Below, one piece after another: positions 53,113-61,388 of a stretch of DNA of 64,000 nucleotides; positions within the stretch are counted from its first letter, which is position 1, and each line of letters opens with the position of its first letter. The position numbers were made by a program, and so were the translations under genes. This DNA is from a phage, in NCBI GenBank assembly GCA_023551395.1, contig GCA_023551395.1_3945.1; one strand, 5' to 3'. Below the pieces are notes generated by a model that was not told where the DNA came from, did no database searches, and saw only the letters and a program-made list of their open reading frames with translations.

Positions 53113-55257
53113 ATGAACAAAGTACAGATTATTAAAAAGAACGGCTCACTTGAAGAACCCGATATCAAAAAAGTTTTAGCAGCAGTAGCTAAGTCAGCTA
53201 ACAGGGTTGGATATAAAGAACTTCCACCAGATGTTACCCAAGCTCTTGAGTCAGCATTCATGAGGATTTTGGTAAAGTCCACTAAGCAGAATAATTTGCT
53301 TATCTCGGTAAATGATATTCACAGTATTGTTGAAGGTGCTTTGGCAGAGGTCAATCACGAGATTTATGAGTCTTACTCAACATACAGAAATTACCGTAAA
53401 GAGGTTGCTCAAAATTGGGACGAACTCTACCAGAAGACTAAAGATACACTCTTCTTAGGTGACCGTGAAAATGCTAACTTTGACAGCAGTTTAATTTCTA
53501 CGAAAGGTTCAATTATCCGTGGTTACCTGACTAAAGAAATATTTAAACAGTATCATCTAACACCAGAGGAACTTGAAGCCATTGAGAAAGGCTTTATCTA
53601 TATCCACGATTTGAGAGACCTGATTTTTGGTGGTATTAACTGTTGCCTGTTTGACATTGGTAAAGTACTAAAAGGTGGCTTTGAAATGTCCGGCATTGAG
53701 TACTGTGAACCTAAATCTGTACTGTCAGCGTTGCAGGTTATTGGTGACGTAGTACTTTCAGCAACTGCACAGCAATTTGGTGGTTTTACTTTAGCAGAGA
53801 TTGATAAGGTACTTGTACCGTATGCTAAGAAGTCTCTACGCTATCATGCTGAGAAAGCATCATCTTATGGTATTCCTAAAGAGCATTACCACAATTATGT
53901 AATGGAGCAGCTACAGATTGAACTAACTCAAGGTTTCCAGTCACTTGAAATGAAACTAAATACCGTACCTTGTAGCCGTGGGGATTTTGCATTTACAACT
54001 TTGACATTCGGGTTACTTGACTCAGATATGTCTAATGAAGATAACCGACTGCAATATATGATTGCAAGTACTCTCCTAGATGTTCGTATGAATGGACAAG
54101 GTAAGAGCAAGAAACCTGTTGTATTCCCTAAACTGGTTTATATTTATGACCAGAAGAGACACGATGAGAATATCTGTCAAGGCCAACTGTACAGCAAAGC
54201 TATTGAGTGTTGCTCTAAAGCGATGTATCCAGATTTCTTAAGTGTATCTGGTCATGGTGCTGTAGCAGAAGCTTTTGAGCGTTCTGGCAAGGTAATTTCA
54301 CCGATGGGTTGCAGAGCTTTCTTATCCCCATATCTTAACGAGAATGGAGAAGAGTTCTACGTTGGTCGTGCTAATATTGGTGCTGCATCTTTGAACTTAC
54401 CAATGATTTACCAGTATTCTAAAGAGAATGGTTTAGATTTCTGGAAAGAGCTTGATAAGTACCTAGAAATGATTCGCAGCTTCCATAAGAAACGTTACGA
54501 AATGATTGCCAATATGCCAGCAAGTTCTAACCCTCTTGCATTCACACAAGGTGGTCTGTATAAAGGGACTAAGAAGCCTACTGACAAGGTTGGTTGGGAT
54601 ATTGTGAAATCCTTCACAGCTTCTTTTGGGGTTACTGCTCTTGATGAGTTATCTGTTCTTGCTGAAGGTAAACGACTTCATGAAGTTGGAAGTTCTAGTT
54701 TTGCATACGATGTTCTGGCATACATTAACATGAAAACTGAAGAGTTTAAGAATGAAGATGGCTTCCTGTATGCAGTATATGGCACTCCAGCAGAGTCATT
54801 GTGTGGAACTCAGCTAAAACAGTTCAGAGATATGTTTGGTGTTATTAAAGGCGTTTCTGACAAGGAATACTTTACAAACAGTTTCCATATGAATGTTGCA
54901 GCAAACATCTCACCATTTGAGAAGCAGGACTTAGAAGAGCCATTCTTCCATATCTGTAGAGGTGGCAGAATCCAGTATGTAAGGGTAGCTAACCCAGAAA
55001 ACTTACCAGCACTTAAAAGTTGTATTACCAGAGGGATGTTGAAGGGTTTTTATCAGGGACTTAACTTTGACTTAGCAATCTGTGAACATTGTGGTAACAG
55101 ACCAAAGGCTGATGTTGAAGAATGTGAGGTTTGCCATTCACATGATATCTCTGTGATTAACAGGGTGTGCGGATATCTGGGATGGACTAAGATTAAAGGT
55201 GAATCCCGAATGAACGATGCAAAAATCGCTGAGATTCGTGACAGGATTTCTATGTAA
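53113..55257 (+). CDS. nrdD: anaerobic ribonucleoside-triphosphate reductase (class III)
   Basis: 714 aa; ATP-cone N-terminus, C-terminal zinc ribbon CEHCGN...CEVCHS and glycyl-radical motif RVCGYLG. Confidence 0.85.
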   Translation: MNKVQIIKKNGSLEEPDIKKVLAAVAKSANRVGYKELPPDVTQALESAFMRILVKSTKQNNLLISVNDIHSIVEGALAEVNHEIYESYSTYRNYRKEVAQNWDELYQKTKDTLFLGDRENANFDSSLISTKGSIIRGYLTKEIFKQYHLTPEELEAIEKGFIYIHDLRDLIFGGINCCLFDIGKVLKGGFEMSGIEYCEPKSVLSALQVIGDVVLSATAQQFGGFTLAEIDKVLVPYAKKSLRYHAEKASSYGIPKEHYHNYVMEQLQIELTQGFQSLEMKLNTVPCSRGDFAFTTLTFGLLDSDMSNEDNRLQYMIASTLLDVRMNGQGKSKKPVVFPKLVYIYDQKRHDENICQGQLYSKAIECCSKAMYPDFLSVSGHGAVAEAFERSGKVISPMGCRAFLSPYLNENGEEFYVGRANIGAASLNLPMIYQYSKENGLDFWKELDKYLEMIRSFHKKRYEMIANMPASSNPLAFTQGGLYKGTKKPTDKVGWDIVKSFTASFGVTALDELSVLAEGKRLHEVGSSSFAYDVLAYINMKTEEFKNEDGFLYAVYGTPAESLCGTQLKQFRDMFGVIKGVSDKEYFTNSFHMNVAANISPFEKQDLEEPFFHICRGGRIQYVRVANPENLPALKSCITRGMLKGFYQGLNFDLAICEHCGNRPKADVEECEVCHSHDISVINRVCGYLGWTKIKGESRMNDAKIAEIRDRISM

Positions 55258-55410
55258 AACTTGACAAGGTGGTGTGGGTCTTGATAGGCTTGCATCACCT
55301 TTTTATTGGATGTTAGATATGGCAGAGAGTATTATTGGGTTGTTCATAGGTTCTGTCTTACTAGGGTTCTTTTTAGGACTCTCTTATTGTGAATTGAGAG
55401 ATAAGTTAAA

Positions 55411-55611
55411 ATGTTTAAGATATCAAAAACGATGATATACATACTCCACATTCTAATCTTCTTCTTTGGGGTTAGTGTTATGGTATGGGGTTTTTCAGAC
55501 CCACAATGGGGTTTCTCATATCATGGTCAGATGGATTTATGGTCATGCTTCAAACCATTTTTAGGGTTAGCTATAGCATTCAGTGCATTACCAACTAAGG
55601 TGAAATTATGA
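55411..55611 (+). CDS. hypothetical small membrane protein
   Basis: 66-aa ORF, mostly hydrophobic. Confidence 0.3.
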   Translation: MFKISKTMIYILHILIFFFGVSVMVWGFSDPQWGFSYHGQMDLWSCFKPFLGLAIAFSALPTKVKL

Positions 55612-56003
55612 TTAAGTTAAACCAAAAACAGTTAGAGTGGCTTAAAGATTACGCCTCAGAGTGTGGCTCTTGCGAAAAGAATCACGTAAAATACTCAACA
55701 TTCCATACGACATTCACATTGTATATCAGCGACAACGTTCTAAGCGATTCCGTAGAAGATGGTGTAGCATTGCCTAATGAATTGCTTGATAAATTAGCTG
55801 TAGTCACTGGAACGTGGAGTGAAGAAGATGGTCACGAGCTATCTGACGATGTTGTCTTCTACAGTCTTGAAAATATTATGAATCCAGAGTACATTATGCT
55901 AATGACTTGTGCACAAGACTGTGTGCCACTACAAAACTTCATTAAAGAGCACTGTGAAGAGTTTATTACTAAACAGGTTCCTTGTCAGGTGGTGTTTGAA
56001 TGA
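55608..56003 (+). CDS. hypothetical Cys-containing protein
   Basis: 131-aa ORF between nrdD and nrdG. Confidence 0.35.
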   Translation: MIKLNQKQLEWLKDYASECGSCEKNHVKYSTFHTTFTLYISDNVLSDSVEDGVALPNELLDKLAVVTGTWSEEDGHELSDDVVFYSLENIMNPEYIMLMTCAQDCVPLQNFIKEHCEEFITKQVPCQVVFE

Positions 56004-56062
56004 GCAAAACAATTCGAAGAAAAGGTTTAAAGAACGCTTATATGTATTGGTGAGGTAACTAG

Positions 56063-56548
56063 ATGAATTACATGGAGATTAGACCATTTGACACAGCTAA
56101 TGGTGAAGGGGTTCGTGTAAGCCTCTTCGTAGCTGGTTGTAAGCATCACTGTGAAGGCTGCTTTAACAGGGAGTCTTGGAAGTTTAATGCTGGTAAAGCA
56201 TTTACTTATGCAAACCTCTACGGCATCATTAAGTTAATGGATGATGAGGCCATCAGTGGGTTGTCAATACTTGGTGGAGAACCTCTGGATGATAGAAATA
56301 TTCAAGAGGTTACCAACATATGCAAACGTATTAAAACTGTTTACCCAGAGAAGTCTATCTGGCTATGGACAGGTTTTCAGTTACACGAAAAAATTCACCT
56401 AGATGTAATGAAATATGTTGACGTGGTGATTGATGGTAAGTATGATTCATCTAAACCAACAGTTAAACCATATCGTGGTTCTGATAACCAAAACCTCTGG
56501 AGAAAAGAGTATGGGTGGCAAGGCGATTGTCAATGGAGAGCCGAGTAA
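56063..56548 (+). CDS. nrdG: anaerobic RNR activating enzyme (radical SAM)
   Basis: 161 aa with CKHHCEGC (CxxxCxxC) near N-terminus; GAGG ribosome-binding site. Confidence 0.8.
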   Translation: MNYMEIRPFDTANGEGVRVSLFVAGCKHHCEGCFNRESWKFNAGKAFTYANLYGIIKLMDDEAISGLSILGGEPLDDRNIQEVTNICKRIKTVYPEKSIWLWTGFQLHEKIHLDVMKYVDVVIDGKYDSSKPTVKPYRGSDNQNLWRKEYGWQGDCQWRAE

Positions 56549-56672
56549 GTCTCGTCGTAAAGTAGGTTATCGGTAAAGGGCACTTTACAATGTTCTACAG
56601 AACAAACTTAACCGTTTGTGTCACTGAAAAAGAACTTAAAACATTTTGTGAAAAGATTGAGAGAGATATGAA

Positions 56673-56930
56673 ATGGGACTCTGGAATAGTTTTAAATCAA
56701 AAGTAAAAGCAGCACTAGCTTCATTAGGCATGCTCACTGGTGTTGATGTGACTCATCTTATGCAGAACTTTAAGATGGATGAGAAGCTGGCTAATGAGAT
56801 TATGAAAAGTATCTATGTAGGCCGTGGCAAAGGTGGTAAGAAACAAGCCCACCGTCCGTCTGGTGCAGCAGCTATTAAACGAGCAGCTAAGAAAGCTCGT
56901 AACCGTAAACGTAATAAGAAGGCTAAATAA
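56673..56930 (+). CDS. hypothetical protein with highly basic C-terminus
   Basis: 85 aa ending KRAAKKARNRKRNKKAK. Confidence 0.35.
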   Translation: MGLWNSFKSKVKAALASLGMLTGVDVTHLMQNFKMDEKLANEIMKSIYVGRGKGGKKQAHRPSGAAAIKRAAKKARNRKRNKKAK

Positions 56931-56932
56931 TC

Positions 56933-57253
56933 ATGAGCAAAGTTTATAACACTCGTAAATTACAGATTTTCGTACTGTGCCAGTTTATGGCTAAAGAATA
57001 TAACTTCTACTATTGTGGCACAGGATTCATTAGTGACGATGATGGCTCGTATCTACCATTCAAAGAGGCTGTAAAACTCTTCAATGAAGAGAAAAGCTCT
57101 AAGAAAGATATTGAAAAGGTTAAGCTAACCTACAGCAAGAAAGATAAGAAGATTATCTGCCTAGATAACTTTGTAAAAGTTACTGGAGAAGCAAAAGAGT
57201 TTATGGATGAGAGTGAGATTTCATTCACAAGCATCTTGAAAGTAGCTCAGTAA
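56933..57253 (+). CDS. hypothetical protein
   Basis: 106-aa ORF. Confidence 0.35.
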   Translation: MSKVYNTRKLQIFVLCQFMAKEYNFYYCGTGFISDDDGSYLPFKEAVKLFNEEKSSKKDIEKVKLTYSKKDKKIICLDNFVKVTGEAKEFMDESEISFTSILKVAQ

Positions 57254-57265
57254 ATAGATACTATA

Positions 57266-57295
57266 AGGGAACTGTAAAGGTTCCCTTTTTATTTT
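57266..57295 (+). terminator. intrinsic terminator
   Basis: Stem AGGGAAC/GTTCCCT followed by TTTTTATTTT. Confidence 0.6.
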
Positions 57296-57304
57296 GGAGA
57301 TGAT

Positions 57305-57820
57305 ATGTATCTGTCAAACCTAAAACGTTCTGCTGCAATGTCAGTGTTAAGACTCAGCTTTGAGGAACGTCAAGAGTTCATTGACTCCCACCAATACGAC
57401 CCCTCAAACTCCAATCACATGATTCTCTGGAATCGTGAGAGTACTCGTGAAAGAGCATTATTCCGATATTACCCACACTACACCATAGATAACCTGTATG
57501 AATGTTTTGTTGTGAAGAACACCATTACAGTGCTCAATAAACTCTGTAGATACACAGGCAGTCAATCCTTCACATTAGGCCATCACAAACCTGTTACAAA
57601 GGGTGGTGAGCATCACTGTGCAAACTGGTTTATTCAGACTAAACTTGATAACCAGAAGCAAGGGGATAACCTTCTAAGCACCCCTAAGATGACCTACGAA
57701 GAGCAAGAGAAATATATCAAAAATAATATGCCAGATGTGCTTGACAACAACTATACAGATTTGGCAATATCTCTCCTGTTGAAGTTCGAGACAGTTTATA
57801 GGGCAACTTACAATGGCTAA
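57305..57820 (+). CDS. HNH endonuclease (freestanding, homing-endonuclease-like)
   Basis: HNH-type motif LGHHKPVTKGGEHHCANWFIQTKLDN. Confidence 0.55.
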   Translation: MYLSNLKRSAAMSVLRLSFEERQEFIDSHQYDPSNSNHMILWNRESTRERALFRYYPHYTIDNLYECFVVKNTITVLNKLCRYTGSQSFTLGHHKPVTKGGEHHCANWFIQTKLDNQKQGDNLLSTPKMTYEEQEKYIKNNMPDVLDNNYTDLAISLLLKFETVYRATYNG

Positions 57821-58091
57821 AGAAAAGTGGGAGATTTTACCATTAGTCAGTGAAGGTGGTAATGGTTGTGAGATGTACATGATACGTGGTCATGTTCCAG
57901 AACCAATTGCGCTTGAGATGGTAAACAACTTTACAGATGGTTCTTACAAAGACTTAGGAGAGCCAACTATAAAGCATCAATGGGTAAAACCTGTACCAGA
58001 CAGCACAGGTAACTGTAGTGTACTTTACCACGTTGTAGACCCTGTAAAATGCAAATCTGCAATGGCAGTAACAAACGTAACCTTTGATTGA
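57813..58091 (+). CDS. hypothetical protein
   Basis: 92-aa ORF overlapping neighbours at both ends. Confidence 0.3.
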   Translation: MAKEKWEILPLVSEGGNGCEMYMIRGHVPEPIALEMVNNFTDGSYKDLGEPTIKHQWVKPVPDSTGNCSVLYHVVDPVKCKSAMAVTNVTFD

Positions 58092-58984
58092 GAGACAAAA
58101 CTATGAAAACTGTTATTGAAGCCGTCGTCACCGCACAAGAGAAATTCTTCCACACAGAAAAATTTAATATCATTCAATTCCCATCTGGAGAAATTGGTGG
58201 AAACTTCTCTGAAGATTTTGTTAAGTTTACTGAGCGTAATGCTGGTAAGATTGATAATGTTATACTTACTGTACAGGGATATGACAAAGATACACTGTTT
58301 GCATTGGCTTTGGCTAAGGATGCCGTTGACAGTCTTGTTCCCCAGAAATCAGCGATGAAAACCGTTGTTTTCGGGTTCTTACCAAATGCTCGATATGACC
58401 GCCACATGTTCAAAGGTGATGCAGCAGCACTGAAAGTCTTTGCCAACCTAGTTAATGCAATGGGCTTTGATGCAGTATGTGCTCTTGACCCTCACAGCAA
58501 TGTTGCAGAAAACCTATTTAAGTGCTTTCAGAGCATGAAGCAAAAAGATGTGGCAGTACACTTTGCAAGTGACCCACGCATTGATTTCTTGGTAGCCCCA
58601 GATGCAGGTGCAGCTAAGAAGACTGAAGATGCCGCTAAAGAGGTGGATAAACCATATATCACAATGACTAAGGTGCGAAACCTTAAGACTGGAGAAATCA
58701 CTGGTATGCGAATCCTTGACGATGTTGATTTAACCGATAAAACCGTCATGATTCTTGATGATATCTGTGATGGTGGTCGAACTTTCGTAGAGGCAGCTAA
58801 ACACCTACGTGAAGCAGGTGCAAAACGTGTGGAACTCTATGTAACTCATGGTATTTTCTCTAAAGGTGTTGAAAACTTACTTGACAATGGTATTGACCAT
58901 ATCTACACTACAAACACTTTAGGTGAAGCTAAAGACCGTGGCTTAACACATTATAGTCAAGTTACTGTAGCAACCATTGATTGA
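58088..58984 (+). CDS. ribose-phosphate pyrophosphokinase (PRPP synthetase) family protein; candidate ADPR-pyrophosphate synthetase
   Basis: PRPP-synthetase-family blocks FGFLPNARYDRH, VAPDAGAAKK and PRPP-binding loop VMILDDICDGGRTF...GAKRV...THGIFS, aligning with E. coli Prs from memory. Confidence 0.8.
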   Translation: MRDKTMKTVIEAVVTAQEKFFHTEKFNIIQFPSGEIGGNFSEDFVKFTERNAGKIDNVILTVQGYDKDTLFALALAKDAVDSLVPQKSAMKTVVFGFLPNARYDRHMFKGDAAALKVFANLVNAMGFDAVCALDPHSNVAENLFKCFQSMKQKDVAVHFASDPRIDFLVAPDAGAAKKTEDAAKEVDKPYITMTKVRNLKTGEITGMRILDDVDLTDKTVMILDDICDGGRTFVEAAKHLREAGAKRVELYVTHGIFSKGVENLLDNGIDHIYTTNTLGEAKDRGLTHYSQVTVATID

Positions 58985-59031
58985 AACTTTATAGGGGCTT
59001 GAAAGACCCATTTTGAGAGAGAGATTAAAAG

Positions 59032-60813
59032 ATGACTAAATCACTTTATGCAGTACCAGCAGGTTTAAACGCGGATGCTTACAAATCTGGCCATGTTTAC
59101 CAGTACCCTAGTGCAACAGAATACTTGATGTTCAACCTGACACCACGTAGTGACAAATGGTTTAACAGCCCCTTAGCAATTGATGGTGTAGTAGCTTTTG
59201 GTATTCAACGTTTCGTTAAAGATTACTTGATAGACCACTGGAACGCCACTTTCTTTGAACGTGATAAAAAAGAAGCCATTGATGAAATCTTAGAAGTCAT
59301 GAATGGTGTTCTGGGTAAAGATGCTATCGGTCGAGAGCATTGGGAAGCACTTCACGACTTAGGCTATCTACCAGTTGAAGTATACGCTGTAGAAGAAGGT
59401 ACAGTTGTTCCTATGCGTGTCCCAATGATTGTCTTCCAGAATACTGTTTCAGGCTTCCATTGGGTAGCGGGATATCTGGAAGATGCTTTCTCTGCTGAGA
59501 TTTGGAAGGCTTGTACCATTGCAACTATTGCATTGCATTATAAACGCATCTGTAAGAAGTGGGCTGACCTTACTTGTGACAATGACTTGCATTTACCTTA
59601 CCAGTGCCATGACTTTGCTATGCGCGGTATGTCCGGCTTTACTGATGACGCATTTAACGCTGTAGGTCACTTAACCAGCTTTAAAGGAACTGATAGTTTC
59701 CCTGCTGTTTATACAGCTAAACGTATCTATGGACAGTCCTACCCAATCTCTGATATTGGTAGCTCTGTACCAGCCACTGAACACTCTGTAATGTGTGCAA
59801 ACATTGCTTGGGAAGGCGGTAATGAATTGATTGAAGAAGAAAGACGCTTTAAAGGTGAGTTACAAACCTTCCGCCGTTTCTTAACAGAAACTTACCCAAC
59901 TGGTATTGCAAGCATTGTTTCAGATACTTATAACTTCTGGAGAACTGTGTCAGAAATCTTACCAGCACTCCGCAAAGAAATTATGGAACGTGACGGCAAA
60001 CTGGTAATTCGTCCTGACTCTGGAGACCCTGTACATATTGTCACAGGTTATAAAGCAATCCACTTAGAGTGTGCTAAGAAGGCTTATTACGAACACCTAA
60101 GCAAGCTGGAAGCCAGCGACACAATGTTGAATGCTGTCCTGAACATGAAGCTTGAGAACATCAACTATGGTATTGCTGGATGGCTACTGTCAGAAGGCTA
60201 CGAAATGGTTGTTGACAGAGAAGATTTTGAAGCTGCTGATACGGTGCTATTGAAGAATACTTATATGGTTGGCTCTGCAAACGTTGTAACACGTCCTGTA
60301 GCGGAGATTGATGGAGCTATTAAGACACTGTATAACATCTTTGGAGGAACTATTAACTCTAAGGGTTTTAAGGTACTGGATGAACACATTGGCCTTATTT
60401 ATGGTGACTCTATCACACTGGAACGTGCAAACGAAATCCTGAAGCGTCTGTATGAAATGGGTTTTGCAAGCTCTAACGTAGTGTTTGGCGTAGGCTCTTA
60501 CACTTACCAGTACATGACTCGTGACACCTTTGCATTTGCTGTTAAAGCAACTCTTGCAAGCATTGGTGGTAAAGAGATTATGCTTGCAAAAGACCCTAAA
60601 ACAGATAGTGGTGTTAAGAAGTCTGCTTTTGGTGGTGTAGCACCTATGTGGGATGGTGATAAGTTGAAAGCTGTAGATGGCTATGGATTCCAGAGCTTTG
60701 CAGATGTACTTGAACATCCAGCTTGTGCTCTACGTTTAGTCTTTAGTGACTCTGAGCAGTACGGTTACACATCTCTTGGTGATATTCGAAATAATATTGA
60801 CAAGCAGCTTTAA
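59032..60813 (+). CDS. nadV: nicotinamide phosphoribosyltransferase-family protein (NadV/Namat-like)
   Basis: NAMPT-family blocks CHDFAMRGMSGF...HLTSFKGTDSF, SVPATEHS and IRPDSGDP, aligning with human NAMPT from memory. Confidence 0.85.
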   Translation: MTKSLYAVPAGLNADAYKSGHVYQYPSATEYLMFNLTPRSDKWFNSPLAIDGVVAFGIQRFVKDYLIDHWNATFFERDKKEAIDEILEVMNGVLGKDAIGREHWEALHDLGYLPVEVYAVEEGTVVPMRVPMIVFQNTVSGFHWVAGYLEDAFSAEIWKACTIATIALHYKRICKKWADLTCDNDLHLPYQCHDFAMRGMSGFTDDAFNAVGHLTSFKGTDSFPAVYTAKRIYGQSYPISDIGSSVPATEHSVMCANIAWEGGNELIEEERRFKGELQTFRRFLTETYPTGIASIVSDTYNFWRTVSEILPALRKEIMERDGKLVIRPDSGDPVHIVTGYKAIHLECAKKAYYEHLSKLEASDTMLNAVLNMKLENINYGIAGWLLSEGYEMVVDREDFEAADTVLLKNTYMVGSANVVTRPVAEIDGAIKTLYNIFGGTINSKGFKVLDEHIGLIYGDSITLERANEILKRLYEMGFASSNVVFGVGSYTYQYMTRDTFAFAVKATLASIGGKEIMLAKDPKTDSGVKKSAFGGVAPMWDGDKLKAVDGYGFQSFADVLEHPACALRLVFSDSEQYGYTSLGDIRNNIDKQL

Positions 60814-60823
60814 AAGTATATGA

Positions 60824-60848
60824 TAAGAGGCTCCTACGGGAGCCTTTT
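60824..60848 (+). terminator. intrinsic terminator
   Basis: Stem GAGGCTCC/GGAGCCT with TACG loop followed by TTTTT. Confidence 0.65.
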
Positions 60849-60866
60849 TAATTTCTGGAGAAGACT

Positions 60867-61202
60867 ATGAAAATCAAAGAAATGAACATCAACATTGTCT
60901 TAGAAGAACGTTGGGAGAACATCAAGAAGCCTGAAGATGGCCATAAGTTTCTTAACAAAATTTTAGTAGCAGCTAAAGAAGAACTAACTGGCAAGGTCGC
61001 AGCAGCAATTACAATAAAGGTCTGTGTAAAAGGTCTTCCAGATAATCACCAATTTGCACTTGACGAGTTTAAAGAAAGCTTCTACAATCCAAACAAACAG
61101 ATGCTTGAAAGTAACTTTGCAGTGTCTACAAGTATCGTCCATGACAGAAGCTTTATCCTTTACAAGAATATGAGAGGTGAGTCATGCAAGCATATTGGAT
61201 AG
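60867..61202 (+). CDS. hypothetical protein
   Basis: 111-aa ORF after terminator. Confidence 0.35.
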   Translation: MKIKEMNINIVLEERWENIKKPEDGHKFLNKILVAAKEELTGKVAAAITIKVCVKGLPDNHQFALDEFKESFYNPNKQMLESNFAVSTSIVHDRSFILYKNMRGESCKHIG

Positions 61203-61360
61203 AAATTTTACTGTCACTTGGTAGTGTAGCAGTATTTGTCTACCTCCTTTGTAAGTACTTTGCAGAGCACAAAAAATGTGACTACTGTAATGGAGAGGGG
61301 TACATAAGGGCAGGTTGTTGCCCTATGTGTGGTGGTTCTGGTAAAATGTTTAATAAGTAA
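61184..61360 (+). CDS. small membrane-anchored protein with double CxxC zinc-finger
   Basis: 58-aa ORF not in the ORF track (below size cut-off): hydrophobic N-terminus then CDYCNGEG...CCPMCGGSG; GAGAGG ribosome-binding site. Confidence 0.35.
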   Translation: MQAYWIEILLSLGSVAVFVYLLCKYFAEHKKCDYCNGEGYIRAGCCPMCGGSGKMFNK

Positions 61361-61388
61361 TTTAACAGTAAACTAAGAGGAAAGTATT

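Noticed and set aside
53061-53282. Minus-strand ORF 53061-53282 and plus-strand ORF 52858-53064
   Set aside because: The minus ORF overlaps the nrdD start and the terminator hairpin on the wrong strand. The plus ORF largely overlaps the 3' end of the NrdH-like gene in another frame and runs into the terminator, so it was not annotated.
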